A DNA stretch of 64,000 bases from Isurus oxyrinchus. Lineage: Eukaryota. A program made the position numbers and the translations under genes. Location: NCBI GenBank assembly GCA_026770705.1, contig JANJGN010000242.1:186001-250000 (forward strand), given 5' to 3'. Of this stretch, positions 38,257-50,400 are shown in pieces; position 1 is the stretch's first letter; each line of letters begins with the position of its first letter. The notes beneath the pieces are model-generated. The model made no database searches. It worked only from the letters and a program-made list of their open reading frames with translations, and was not told where the DNA came from.

Positions 38257-38805
38257 TAAAATAGATAGAACATGATTTTGCTATTAAAGGACTCTTTGCT
38301 CTGGAGACAAAGGAGCAATAAAAACGAATTGATAGATTTTAGGTGATGATTGACATAGCTTCAGATATAAATGTACATGCTGACACTGACCGGGATAAAA
38401 AGCTTGTCAGAGAAGCAATTAGAATTATAGATCGATGAATAAAAGAGAGTTGATCAATGTTGGAATGGACAAACAGACAGAAAATTAAAAATGAATAAAA
38501 CATTCAAATATTCTTGGGCGACAGCCAAAAGCAAAAACTCCAGACGGTATATTGGCCACATTTTTTCCGCTCTGGGACCCTGCGATTTATTTGGAGCCTT
38601 TGTCAGTTGAGGCTTTCTTCGCCAGCATATCGGCCCCCATCACTTCCAAAAGCCCGGTTTCATGAGCTGCCTGTGATCATTGCCGCGGTTTGTGACAATC
38701 AGCACTGCTTGTGCTCCTGCAAGGAGTCTCCCTGAACTCATCTGCTGTTCCCCTCATACCTGGACTCGAGAATGTGTGAGGGTTCTGTCTATTCTTGCCG
38801 ATCAC

Positions 38806-38809
<4 letters not shown>

Positions 38810-38872
<63 letters not shown>

Positions 38873-38877
38873 CACAC
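38810..38877. repeat. (TA)n(CA)n compound microsatellite
   Basis: Direct inspection. Confidence 0.95.
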
Positions 38878-38944
38878 AATCTCTTGGACATATCCCAAAT
38901 GCGTTTGCTCGCAAAAAATAAATATTTCCTATTTAGAAAACAAA

Positions 38945-41100
38945 AAAACATAGAAAGTAGGAGCAGGGGTAGGCCATTAGGCCCTACGAGCCTGCTCCGC
39001 CATTCATCATGAATTGTGGCTGATTATCCAACTCAATAGCCTGCTCCCGCTTTCTGCCCATACCCTTTCATCCCTTTCGCCCCAAGAGCTATATCTAACT
39101 ACTTCTTGAAAGCATGCCATGATCTGGCATCAGATACTTTCTGTTGTAGCGAATTCCACAGGCTCATCACCCTCTGGGAGAAGAAATCTCTTCTCATCAC
39201 AATCCTAAATGGTCTACCCCGTATTCAGACTGTGACTTCTGGTTCTGGACTCCCCCGCCATCGGGACCATCCTTCCTACATCTACCCTGCCTGGTCCTGT
39301 TAGAATTTTATAGTCTTCTATGAGATTCTGCTCTCATTCTTCAGAACCCCAGCGAATATAATTGTAACTGACTCAATTACTCCTCATATCTCTCTCCCGC
39401 CATCTCAGGAATCAGTCTGATAAACGTTCGCTGCACCCCCTCTACAACAGGAATATCTTTCCTCAGATAAGGAGCCCAAACCTGCACATAATATTCCAGG
39501 TGTGGTCTCACCAAAGCCATTTACAATTGCAGCAAGACAGCCCTGTTCCTGTACTCGAATCTTCTGTCTATAAAGGCTTTCATGTCTGCCAACCAGTTTT
39601 CTATCCATCCTAATACACTATCCCCAACCCCATGCACTTTAATTTTACATGCTTATCTCTTCTGTGAGACTTTGACGACAGCCTTCTGAAATTCCAAATA
39701 AAACACATCCACTGGCTCCCCTCATCAACTCCACTAGTTACATCCTCGAAAAATTCCAGTAGATTTGTCAAGCATTATTTCCCTTTCGTAAATGCTTGCT
39801 GACTCTGTCCGATTCTGCCACTGTCTCCTAAGTGCTCAGCTATTAAATTTTTTATAATGGGCTCGAGAATTTTCCCCACTATCGACGTCAGGCTGACTGG
39901 CCTTTGATTCCTTGTTTTTTTTTTTGTAACTTTCTTTTTAAATACTGGGGTTACATTACGTTGGCTACCCTCCAATCTGCAGGAACTGTACCAGAGTGTA
40001 TAGGATCTAGGAAGATGACCACCAATGCATCCAATATTTCTCGGGTCATTTCCTTAATTGCTCTGGGATGTAGATTATCAGGCCCTGAGGGTTTATCGGA
40101 CTTCAATCCCATCAATTTCCCCAACACCATTTCCTTACTAACACTGATTCCTTTCAGTTCCTCTAAACCCTGTGTTTCCTAACATTTCTCGTATGTTATT
40201 TGTGACCTCTTTGTGCAGACAGAACCAAAGTGTATATTTAGTTGGTCAGCCATTTCTTTGCTCCCCATTATAAATTCCCCTGTTTCTGACTGTAAGGAAC
40301 CTACATTTGTCTTCATCCACCTTTTTCTCTTCACATACCTATAGAAAACTTTACAGTCAGGTCTTATGTTCCCTGCAAGCTTACTCTGATTCTCTATTTT
40401 CCCCATCTTAATCAATAAATTGGTCCTCCTTTGCTGAGTTCTAATCTGCTTCCAATGCTCAGCTCGTTTTTTTACCCTGGCCAATTTGAATGCCTTTTCC
40501 TTGCATCTAATACTATCTCCAATTTGTCTCGTAAGCAATGGTTTGGCCACATTTATTGTTTCACTTTTGTGCCAGGCAGGAATAACAATTGTTTCAGTTC
40601 ACCCATGCGCTTTGTGAATGTTTGCCATTGCCTATCCACAGTCATCCCTTTAAGTAACGTTTCCCAATCCATCATAGCCAACTCACGCCTCATACCATCG
40701 TAGTTTCCTTTATTAACGTTCAGGGCACCAGTCTCAGAATCAACTTCGTCACTGTCCATACTGATGAAGAATTCTATCATATTATGGCCGCTCATCCCCA
40801 AGGGACCTGGCACATCTAGATTGCCAATTATTGCTTACTCATTACACAATACCCAGTCAAGAATGGCCTGTTCTCTAGTTCGTTTCTCAACGGACTGGTC
40901 CAGAAAGCCATCCCGTATACATTCCAGGAATTCTTCCTCTATGGTATTTGAGTTGCCCAATCTATATGCAGATTAAAGTCACCCATAATTACAGATGTTC
41001 CTTTATTGGATGCATCTCTAATTTCCTGCTTAATTCCAGTCCCAACATTACCACCACAGTTTCGGAACTATATACAACCCCCACTAAAGTTTTATGCCCC
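38945..41100 (-). mobile_element. CR1 LINE ORF2 fragment, internally deleted
   Basis: NVTPVFKK..NQRPVSLTSIVGKILE and GHNMIEFFI motifs, with a CR1 3' UTR. Confidence 0.88.
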
Positions 41101-41204
41101 TTATAATCATCGTTGAGCAGAAATGAATTTCTGGGTGTTCTTGTTATAATGTTCCATTTTAAATGTTCAATTCAAATGTTCCATTTTAAACATTTTCAAA
41201 GGGA

Positions 41205-42460
41205 GCACAAATGGAATATAATTAATGCAAGCAGCATGAGGAATAAGACTGACGAGCTGAGGACACAGGTAGGCACGAAGAGCATGATATCATAGCTATG
41301 ACCAAGGCTTGGCTAAAGGATGACCAGGATTGGTAGATCAACCTTCTTGGTTATAGGGTATTTAGACAAAGTGGAGCCAGGGATAGAAGAGTTGGATTGA
41401 GGGGGGGGGGGGGGGGGGGGAGGTGTTGCAATATTGATCAAGGAATCTTGGGGAGTGATGATATTTTAGAAGGGCCATCAAATGAAGTCATGTAGGTAGA
41501 AGTAAGGAACGCTAAAAGAGCAAACTCGAGATTGGGTGTGTACTATAGTCCCCCAAACAGGCTAGTAGTGATAGAGGGCCAAATATGTCATCAAAGGTTG
41601 TTTTCCTTGGAGCAACGAAGGTTAAAACTGGTCCGGATAGATATGTATACGATTATGATTGGCACAGGTAGGGTCGATAGGAAGAAAATTTTTCCATTAG
41701 TAGAGGAGTCAATAACCAGGGGGCAGAGATTTAAGCTAAGAGGTAGAAGACAGATTTACATGAGACAGTGGTGCGCACGGCCGCCTCTCCCATAGTTCCG
41801 TATGTTTCTATTCCTCTGGCCTTCCTTGTCTTTCCTGTCTTTGGAAAGGTGCTTGCTGCTGTTCCCGGTTTGACGTTGGTTTGATCAGCAGTGGAGTGGG
41901 ATGGGGTTTACATTTCTGCCCTGACAGAGGAATTGGGGCTTGTAGAAAAACAGGCCCGTAAGCTTAACATCTGACATTGGGAAAATGTTGGAGTCTATTA
42001 GAAATGATGCAATAGCAAAGCCTTTAGAAATACATAATTTAATGAAGTAGAGTGAGCATGGCTTCAAGAAGGAGATATCATGCCTGACAAATTAATTATA
42101 ATTTTTTTGGTGAGGTTACAAGTAGGATTGAAAAAGGAGAACCAGTAGATGTAATGTATTTCGATTTCCAAAATGCGTTCGGTAAAGTACTGCAGACAAG
42201 GCTACTTAATACGATAAGACCCCATGGTGTTGGGAGTAGTATCTCCGCATGGATAAAGGATTGGCTAACTAATAGAAGACAGAGAGATTGGTTAAGGGGA
42301 GGCATTTTCAGGATAGCAATCTGTAACCAGTGGGGTGCCACAGGGATCAGTGTTGGGTCCTCAGTTATTTACAGCATATATTAATGAATTAGATAAGGGA
42401 AGTAAGTGTACAATCGTCAAATTTGCAGATGACACAAAATAGGTGATGAGACAAGTGGCA
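41205..42460 (+). mobile_element. Rearranged CR1 ORF2 fragments
   Basis: [53 protein letters not shown] pieces joined by deletions. Confidence 0.8.
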
Positions 42461-43514
42461 TGAGTTCAGTGCCTGGTTGTAAACAGTTATTCCTGAATTA
42501 AGCCATACTCATTTATTAGTGCACTGGATTGTCACACTAAATGATATCTAATCTATTACTGCATTAGATTGCCTCTACTTATGTTCCACCAGGCGCATTT
42601 TTTATTATTACTGACTACAACATCTTAATGCTTACTTTTATATTACACCAGACACTGCCTCACTCGAACTACACCGCACTTTATGTTGCATGCGTCCCTT
42701 TTTCCAGTTATTTACAAGAGGATGCATATTCTTCTATGTTTCCCTAGGTCACATCTCAGTTATTATTGCAATAGATCATCTCCGTTAGTGTTCAGCAACA
42801 TCCTGTCTCAGTGTTACACCAGACAATGTCCCTCTTTATATAACAATAACCTGGGTCTCTGTTTAAGGTACATGAGACACAATCTCATTTATTGCGGTAG
42901 TTGACATGTCTCTGCTTGTATGACGCGAGGCCCTGCCTGATTTACTACTGAAGGAGATTCTGTCTCGGTTTATATTACTCTGGCCATTTTCTATGCTCTA
43001 CTGCACTAGGACATGATTGAATTTACATTGCACTCGGCCACGTCCCTGCTGATAATGCACTACGAAACTATTCACACTATAATATAACAGCCTATGCCCC
43101 TCTGTAGATTACATTAGACCATGGAGAACTGTCTGATCTATTATCTCATTACCTGCTTATATTTCGGTAGGCCCTATGTTTGTTGTTCCCGCTCGAAAGC
43201 AAACTTCTGTTTATATTACACGAGACCCAATTTCTAGTTGCCTTACTCCAGGCCTTGTTTCGTTAATACTGAAAAAAGACCCTGCTTCTATTTATGTTAC
43301 ACCAAGCAGTGCCTTTGTTAATACTATTCTTGAGCAAATCCCTGTTTATATTAACTAAATTTATTTGCACGACACATTTATATGTTGTCCTTAACAGTGA
43401 TTTACACTAATTATTATTCTCAAAGCAGCATTTTTATCACGCTAAGAAAGCTGACAGGAGTTGGCCAGACGAGCAGAAAAAATTGTAACTTAACAAATTG
43501 CATCTGAAATCATC

Positions 43515-43812
43515 GGCCATGTTTGTGTGACGTACAGCCGGCCATGTTTGTGTGACGTACTGTCGGCCATGTTGGTATGACAAAGCTGTCGGCCAGGTTT
43601 CTGTGACGTACTGTCGATCATCTTTGCGTGACGAAACTGTGGATCATGTTTTTGTGACGTAAGGTTGGCCATGTTTGTGTGACGTATTGTCGGCCTTGTT
43701 TGCATGACGAAACTGTCGGCCAGGTTTGTGTGATGTACTGTCAGCCATTTTTGTGTGACGTACTGTTGATCGTGTTTTTGTAACGTACTGTCGGCCATGT
43801 TTGTGTGACGGG
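43515..43812. repeat. 25-26-bp minisatellite, about 12 copies, with TGACG(TA) cores
   Basis: Unit GGCCATGTTTGTGTGACGTACTGTC. Confidence 0.93.
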
Positions 43813-44702
43813 CTGCGGTTCTTAATTTCCGTTTCGCCTTTTAATGATCTTTCCGGACCTGCACGCAATGTTGAGCAGCATTTTCCCGAACTCTGCTGTC
43901 AGCTTCGTGAAGTCTCTGACCTCGGCCTTGTCACGGGGCTTATTTGACTGAATATTGCTGCTGCTGGTTGAGAGATAATTATGCAGCATAAACAGTTTTC
44001 AGAACAGAATGTAGTGACTGTCATCTTTAAAGAGGGCCCCAAGAGCACAGGCCCCCAAGGTCTGTTGTCCTCCCGAGTACCGTTTCATTCTCAGTTACTG
44101 CAAACAGAAATTCTGAATATTCCCAATCTGGAAGTCAAACATGGCTGAAATTAAACGCCATTTTACATGTAACCGATCGGAGGGCTGGTGCAGGAAGCAT
44201 TTGGCTAAATGACAGGGAGAATCTCTGGAATATTGGAATAAGAGTGGGCCGGGGGCGGGGGGGTGGTTTCTCTCGGTGTCCTGGGCCCAAATCCCACCTT
44301 TTACAAACAGCACCCAATACAAACACATGCACCGATCTCCCAGTTCATTACTGTGGGGAAAGGAAGGCGGCAGTACAACTGGCAGAAAGTAAAGCTCCCC
44401 TCCCCCGCCCCTGTACACCAGAGTATTGTGGGAAGGGCTTTCACATCCGGATCACTATCCAAATGAAGGGTCAGAAAGTTGCAGTTTCCTTTTATAAACC
44501 TGTCTCTTATTCCCACAACACTTAGCCAGCGACCCGGAAGCCGTGCGGCCCATCAATAATCTCAGCGAAACTGCTCTGTGCAGATAACTCGATCCCTCTA
44601 AAGTATTTTAGTCCAGCTCTGAGATCCCGTCTCCCAGTGCAGTCCAAGGCTGCAGTCACCAGCTCCGTGTCATATTAGCCCTCAGCTCCAGGCAGCAGAA
44701 CG

Positions 44703-45168
44703 ATGAGAATCATCCTTCTTTTCACTCTGTGTGACTGTTTACCCCGTGAGTACCGATCAAACAAACCGAGAGTGTGTGGATTTAATATAAAGCTGCCCGT
44801 ATCCACCTCAATTACAGACACTGACCGGGGTTTTCACCCAATTCTGTTCTTCGTCTCTGATGCTCCATTAAACTCTCTCTGCTTAATTTCCGGGCTCTTT
44901 CAGTCAGTCAGTGACACAGGCCCCGGCAGCGGTGATCAGGAACGAGTGTCAGTCTCTCACCATCAGCCGTGTTTTCAATGATAATTATTATTATTTTAAA
45001 AATTGGCGTTTCTTCAGACAAACCCCGACAGGGACAGAGTGGGTGCCAATCTCCAGGGGGGGAGATTTGTTGTGTCATTGAATAAAGCAGAAAAGACATT
45101 TTCTTTGGAAATTCGGGATGTGAGGGTTGAAGACACAGCCATCTATTACTGTAAAGATCAGTATGACA
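44703..45168 (+). pseudogene. NAR-TCR-type V segment 2 (leader 44703-44745 and V exon)
   Basis: Leader MRIILLFTLCDCLP|GTGAG. V reads VTQAPAAVIRNECQSLTISRVFNDNYYYFKNWRFFRQTPTGTEWVPISRG/GRFVVSLNKAEKTFSLEIRDVRVEDTAIYYCKDQY. Lesions: acceptor CAG>CGG, Cys23>Arg, 1-nt frameshift in a G run. RSS CACATTG-22-ACAAAGCCT (45169-45206). Confidence 0.88.
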
Positions 45169-45545
45169 CACATTGATGGGCCTCGGCTTCCCGCGAAACA
45201 AAGCCTCTCACTGCAGATTGTCACAGAAACAAAGGAAAAACAGAGTTAAGTCTGAAGTTAAACCCCAACAGTTCCGCTTCAGTTCCCCCACTGGACCGTC
45301 TGCCCCACAGTCTAGTTTATAATGAGATTGGATTATTGCTGTTAACATCTTGAGTTTTATAAATGCCGAGTCTGTGCGGATGGTGATATCTTTCCCGGGA
45401 TTGGTGTCAGTGAATGGGGATTGGGAACGACTAATCCCAGCTACAAATCCCAAACACCAAATGTGATCCTGGTCTAATAGCTGGAAGAGGGAACCGCAAT
45501 CCCCGCTGTTTAACTAATATCCCCAAATATCACCAAGTACCCGGG

Positions 45546-45618
45546 GGATTTTTTACTGACTTGTAATACTGTGTGGATGGGTGCGGCAGTCACAGTAGGA
45601 GAGACCTGAGCAAATACC
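45546..45618 (+). other. NAR-TCR D segment 2 (17 nt, 45574-45590) flanked by 12/12 RSS
   Basis: GGATTTTTT-12-TACTGTG [TGGATGGGTGCGGCAGT] CACAGTA-12-GCAAATACC. Confidence 0.85.
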
Positions 45619-45932
45619 GCTGTATAATTTAAATATAAAATCTCCGGGCCCGGATAGTGAATTGTTGGGTTGATGTTATTACCGCTGGAATCTGGTTACG
45701 TTTCATTGTAATTTCCACCATTCAGTTATCTTTCTTTGTTATTTTTCTCGGTTTTTATGAAGCAAACAACTCGTCCCGGGAACCATATAATCAGAGCTCA
45801 GGGCCTCACAAAGAACAGTTTGACCCAACACAGACTTTGGAACATTGAAATTTTTTATTTAATTAAATCCGCTGAATAATTGGGCAGTTTCTACTGTCTG
45901 ATGATGATTGCCCGGTAGGTTGAGGTGTCGAC

Positions 45933-46023
45933 GGTTGTTGTACGGGGAGACTGAGAGCGGTGTCACTGTGGTGGTACATTAAATGTATGGATGGATCCGG
46001 GACAGTGGCGACTGTCACAGCCG
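45933..46023 (+). other. NAR-TCR J segment 2 with 22-RSS
   Basis: GGTTGTTGT-22-CACTGTG (45933-45970), coding WYIKCMDGSGTVATVTA, donor G|GTAAG at 46023/46024. Confidence 0.9.
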
Positions 46024-46964
46024 GTAAGTGGCACCAAAGCCTACCGGGTTACAGCCTGTCCCAGGTAATGTTCACATTTATTATTGATATCAGTGGGGTT
46101 GGGGGGGATGTGGGAGTTGGTGGATTCTGGGCCATTATTTGTTTAATGGGCACATCGGGGATAATATCAACATCACGGACTCTCACACTCTGGATCGCTT
46201 TTTATGAGCGCAGATTGTCGACAATCCGGACTCCACTCCCGCTGTTAACTGTGACCGAGGGAACTCTGTCTGTCCCTCAGAGCCCGGGAGCGGGATCACA
46301 GAGCTCTCTCCTGGGCAGCAGATTGCAGTCCGAGCCGCGCAATGTGAATGAGGCACCGGGTGAATAAACTCAAGACAACTGTGGCCAGTTCGGATACCTG
46401 CAGCGGCTCGTTCCATCCCTGACCCGGGACAAAAACGGGAGAGGGACACCACGGACTTCAGAAATAAGACCCTGAATTGGGTCCAGGTGGAATTTTATTT
46501 CTGGACAATCAATGACTGAAATTAGTAACATTCTGCCTGCCATTTCTTTCAATTATCTTCATAAAACGAATGACTTTCCTGCTTTTCCGCCCTTAGACTG
46601 AAATGTAAAAGTTTGGATCTGCAGACACTTCTTTATATTGAACATAGATTTTAGAGAGATGGGATCGCTGTAATTTATCTGTATCCCTGATTGCAATGAA
46701 TTGAAACAGCACAGTGCAGTCAGCGAGTCAGGGTAATGAAGGAGAATAGGGACAATAGGAAACAATTAGAAACTGTCAGAATGTTCATTGAAAACCAGCA
46801 AGAAATAATGAATCGAAAGGGAGGGACGGATTGACTGATTTCTGGGCGCCTTTCAAAGTACAATCCGACCCCAAGCTGTTGGATGAGGTTTATGGAGAGA
46901 AGGACTGAAATGGACTCCAGTCCGGAATGCTGTGTAAAGTTTTGTTCTTCTTACAGAAGAGAGA

Positions 46965-47470
46965 TCAATCTGCATTGGAAGGAGTGTAAAAATGTTTCAT
47001 CAGACCGATTCTTGAGATGAAGGGATTGTCAAATGGGAAGAGATTTAGGCCTCTCTGTCTATATTTCCTAGAGTTAGAAGAATGAGAGGTGTTCTCATGA
47101 AAACATACAATATACTGGAGAGTTTTGACAGGGCAGATTCTGGGTCGGTGTCTCCCCAGACTGAGGAGTATAGAACTCGGGGTCACAACTTCAGAGTAAA
47201 GAGTCATCCATTAGAACTGAGAAGGAAAAAAAAAACATCTTTAGTAGAACCATTGTTGTGAATCTGTGGTATTCTGTAACTCAGAGGGCTGTGGGTGTTC
47301 AGTATCTGTTTGCTTTGAAGACAATATTTGATAGGTTTGTGGACACTAAAAGATCAGGGATATGGGGAGAGTGCGGGAATGTGACATTGAGGTTATAGAT
47401 CAGCCAGGATATTACTGAATGGCTGAAAAGGTTAGAAAGGTGATATGGGGGCTCCTGTTTCTATTGATTG
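46965..47470 (+). mobile_element. CR1 3' fragment; its paralog is at about 36700-36950 in cassette 1
   Basis: CR1 ORF2 C-terminus and 3' UTR similarity. Confidence 0.75.
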
Positions 47471-50400
47471 GATTCTCTGCTTTGATCTTTTACACTCCTG
47501 AGAAAAGAAATCAGCAACAATCCACATCTCTTCGCGAAGATTGAACAGGCTGGGTCTCTTTTTTCTGGAAAACAGAACCAAGAGGAGAATCCATAGAAAT
47601 CTTTTCAATCATGAACGGTTTTATGGTGGAGAAATTGTTCGTTTGTGGCTGAGTGCAAAGCAATAGCTGTCAACATATGACAGTAACTAACAGAACAAAT
47701 AAAACATTTAAGACAAATGAATTTAAACAAAGGCATTTCAAATTTCTGCCTGAAGTTAAGATTCACCTATCTGAAATTGTTGAGATGTGAAATTAGCCTT
47801 GAGCTGTTAAGCAAGCTGGCTGCCAGTTTTACACTCGATGCAGTCCTCTGTCCCATTGACATCGGAGGCTTGGAAATTGGACCAAGTGTAAAACTGTCAG
47901 CTCATTCGATCCAGCCTAAAAACGGTTCCTGCCCCATGGAAGTCAAAGGGTATCGGGTGCAGGTGGGAATGTGGAGCTGTGGCCATGCTCAGATTAGCCA
48001 TGATCTTATTGAATGGCGAAGCAGGCTAGAGGGGCCGAATGGACTGTCTCTGCTCCTGATTCGTATGTTTGTATGTCCTTGAAATACTCGGCCAAGGCTA
48101 CGGAATTAATAGTTTAGTGGCAGAGTCAATATAGTGATCTTCCCTTTGAGTTTGGGCTCCTTTACATTACGCCAATCAATCACTATTTCCCATTCTGCGC
48201 TAAAATTGCCCTTTAATTTGTCTCTTTGTGGGTTTGCTGTTATAACGAAAGCCATGAAGTTATGAATTAAATGAAGTCTAAAAATGAATGCGGAGATCTG
48301 ATCAAAATAATCACTGGTGTCAAATGTTTTTAATTACAAAGTCAGTCATTATACTTACCGAGTAAGTTAACGTAAGTAGTTATGTTTCTGTTCTTTATCG
48401 CTTTCATGAGAAAACCAGGTGAATATTTACTTTCTGTAGTGTATCTTACTGAGTCGCCGCTACTTTGTTCTAATGGTTTTGCTACTCTATGTTCTGAAAC
48501 ATTTTTCTCTGGCCAGAGCTGGTTCAGCGAGGAAGGAAATGCTGTTGTGTTATTTCATACATGACAAAATCCCCGGTAGATAACCGACATCAGTCGTGTT
48601 TGCAAAATAATTTTTGTGGCTGAGCAAAGGAATGTACAATTTAACATAGACCTTTCATGGGAACCAGGTTATGTTCCGCGAGCGGAAACTCATGCTTACA
48701 TCACTGGATTAATGATCCAGAGGCCTGAGCCAATGACATGAGTTGCAATTCTAATTCTACTAATTAATTTAAATGGAGATAATAAATAAATCTGGAATAA
48801 AGTTAAGGTGCCAGAAATAATGATCAGGCAACTACAAGATTATCGCAATAAACTTTACCCGGTTCACTAACGTCCTTCAGGGAAGGACATCTACTCCGGC
48901 TCTGATATGATTCCAGATCCACAACAATGTGATTGAACATTAACAGCCTTCTGAAATGACCCAGAAAACCACTCAATTGGTAGGTGGCGGCTGGCCACCA
49001 CCTCTGAAAGGCAATAAATGCTGTTGCTCCAATGTCGCCAAAATCGAGTAAATGAATGAATAAAAAGGTCTTGGGCGTAGGAGGGGCTAGAGCACTAACC
49101 CTACACCAGAAAAGCTGGAAGGTAAGTCGAAACTGCTGTTAACTTGAGAATCAGGCATTGTGCCGAGCCGTGCACCACTGGAACAGACAGACGCCTGATC
49201 ACATGAGCAGCTACTTGCGTGTAAATGAACAATGGGCAAGTTCCATGTTTCTGTCATTATGTGCAGCTCTAACTGAGCATGATAAGGTTTTAGTGGTAGG
49301 CAACGCTTAGATATGTACCAAAAAGCTGCAAAATTTGCATTTTGCTCAGTGCGAGATGAAACATGACGAATAGGAAATTCGCATAGAACCAAGCGTTCCT
49401 GATATTGGGGAGGCATAAAATCGGGGACCTGCCAGGAATATCCATTTGATGCCCTTGGGATCGCCAGACTGGTGTTAATAATAAAGATTCCTCTATTCGA
49501 TCCGGCCCAAAAACGGTTCTTGCCTCATGGAAGTCAAAGGATATCGGGGTCAGGAGGGAATGTGGCGTTGAGGCCGTAATGAGATCAGCCATGATCTTAT
49601 TGAATGGCAAAGAGGGCTAGATTGGCCGAATGGCTTGTCTTTGCTCCTGATTCGTATGTTTGTATGTCCCTGAAACATTCGCCCAAGGTTACTGAATTCA
49701 TAGTTTAGTAGCATAGCCACTATAGTTACCTTCTATTCATTGCGGTTACAGGGCACAGATCGGCACGCTCCATACTTCAGCCGCTCAAACATTAGAATTC
49801 ACCTGGGAGTGAAGATATATGGCAGAGATAAAATTGTTTTTTTCCTGTAGCTCAGAGAGAGAGAGAGAGAGAGGTTCCAAGCAAAATTCAAACCATGCCG
49901 GATGTTTTCTTCAATCATTGTGCACTATCCCAAAGAAGAATTTCAGCGCCAATATTTGGTTTGACTCCCTTGGGGATTGAATTGCTTTTTGGTCAATGGG
50001 GGTGAAGAGTGGGAAAAGAACTATGGACATGATTCTGGTTACATCTAGGGGTCCAGACTAACTGTTTAATTATTTTAAACAGAGTTGCTCTGGGCCTCGA
50101 ACTGTAGCCCCTCCTCTTCACTGGTGTCACAGTGCCTGAAAATTATCGCTCCCAGTTTGAGAACTTCTAGAGGCAAGTGGTACTCATGAAAATTGCCTCA
50201 TCTTTATTTTATTAATCCAAATTATATCACCTATGGACATCAGCAATAATCCAACTTGTTGATTTCATTAATGTCATTAGAAAGTTAAAGTATGTCATGC
50301 ATCCACGCTTACAGGTAGCATCGCTACCGGGATCTGAGATACATAATCCAATCCAGGGGGCTGCTCAGCACTGAGTACCAAAAAATTACTGAAAGTGTTC

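Noticed and set aside
37725-38318. Long ORFs spanning the N run
   Set aside because: Artefacts of the assembly gap.
42480-43400. Faint periodic AT-rich sequence resembling the reverse complement of about 30040-30860
   Set aside because: Probably an ancient decayed satellite; period and boundaries could not be fixed by eye.
43515-43812. CRISPR-like appearance of short repeats (also at 37591-37789)
   Set aside because: Head-to-tail tandem units without unique spacers, vertebrate DNA, no cas genes.
32278-46023. Interpretation as IgNAR clusters
   Set aside because: Only one D per cassette, no constant exons after J, a leaderless V FR1 follows J1, and the neighbours are TCR V segments.
45960-46367. 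135-aa ORF
   Set aside because: Read-through of J2 into its intron; only the J part is meaningful.
48382-48600. Leader-like MFLFFIAF..G|GTGAAT and FR1-like SEEGNAVVL
   Set aside because: Too short and degenerate. Similar weak hints at about 38520-38730, 50250-50450, 58714-58962 and 61750-61860 were also left uncalled pending an HMM search.
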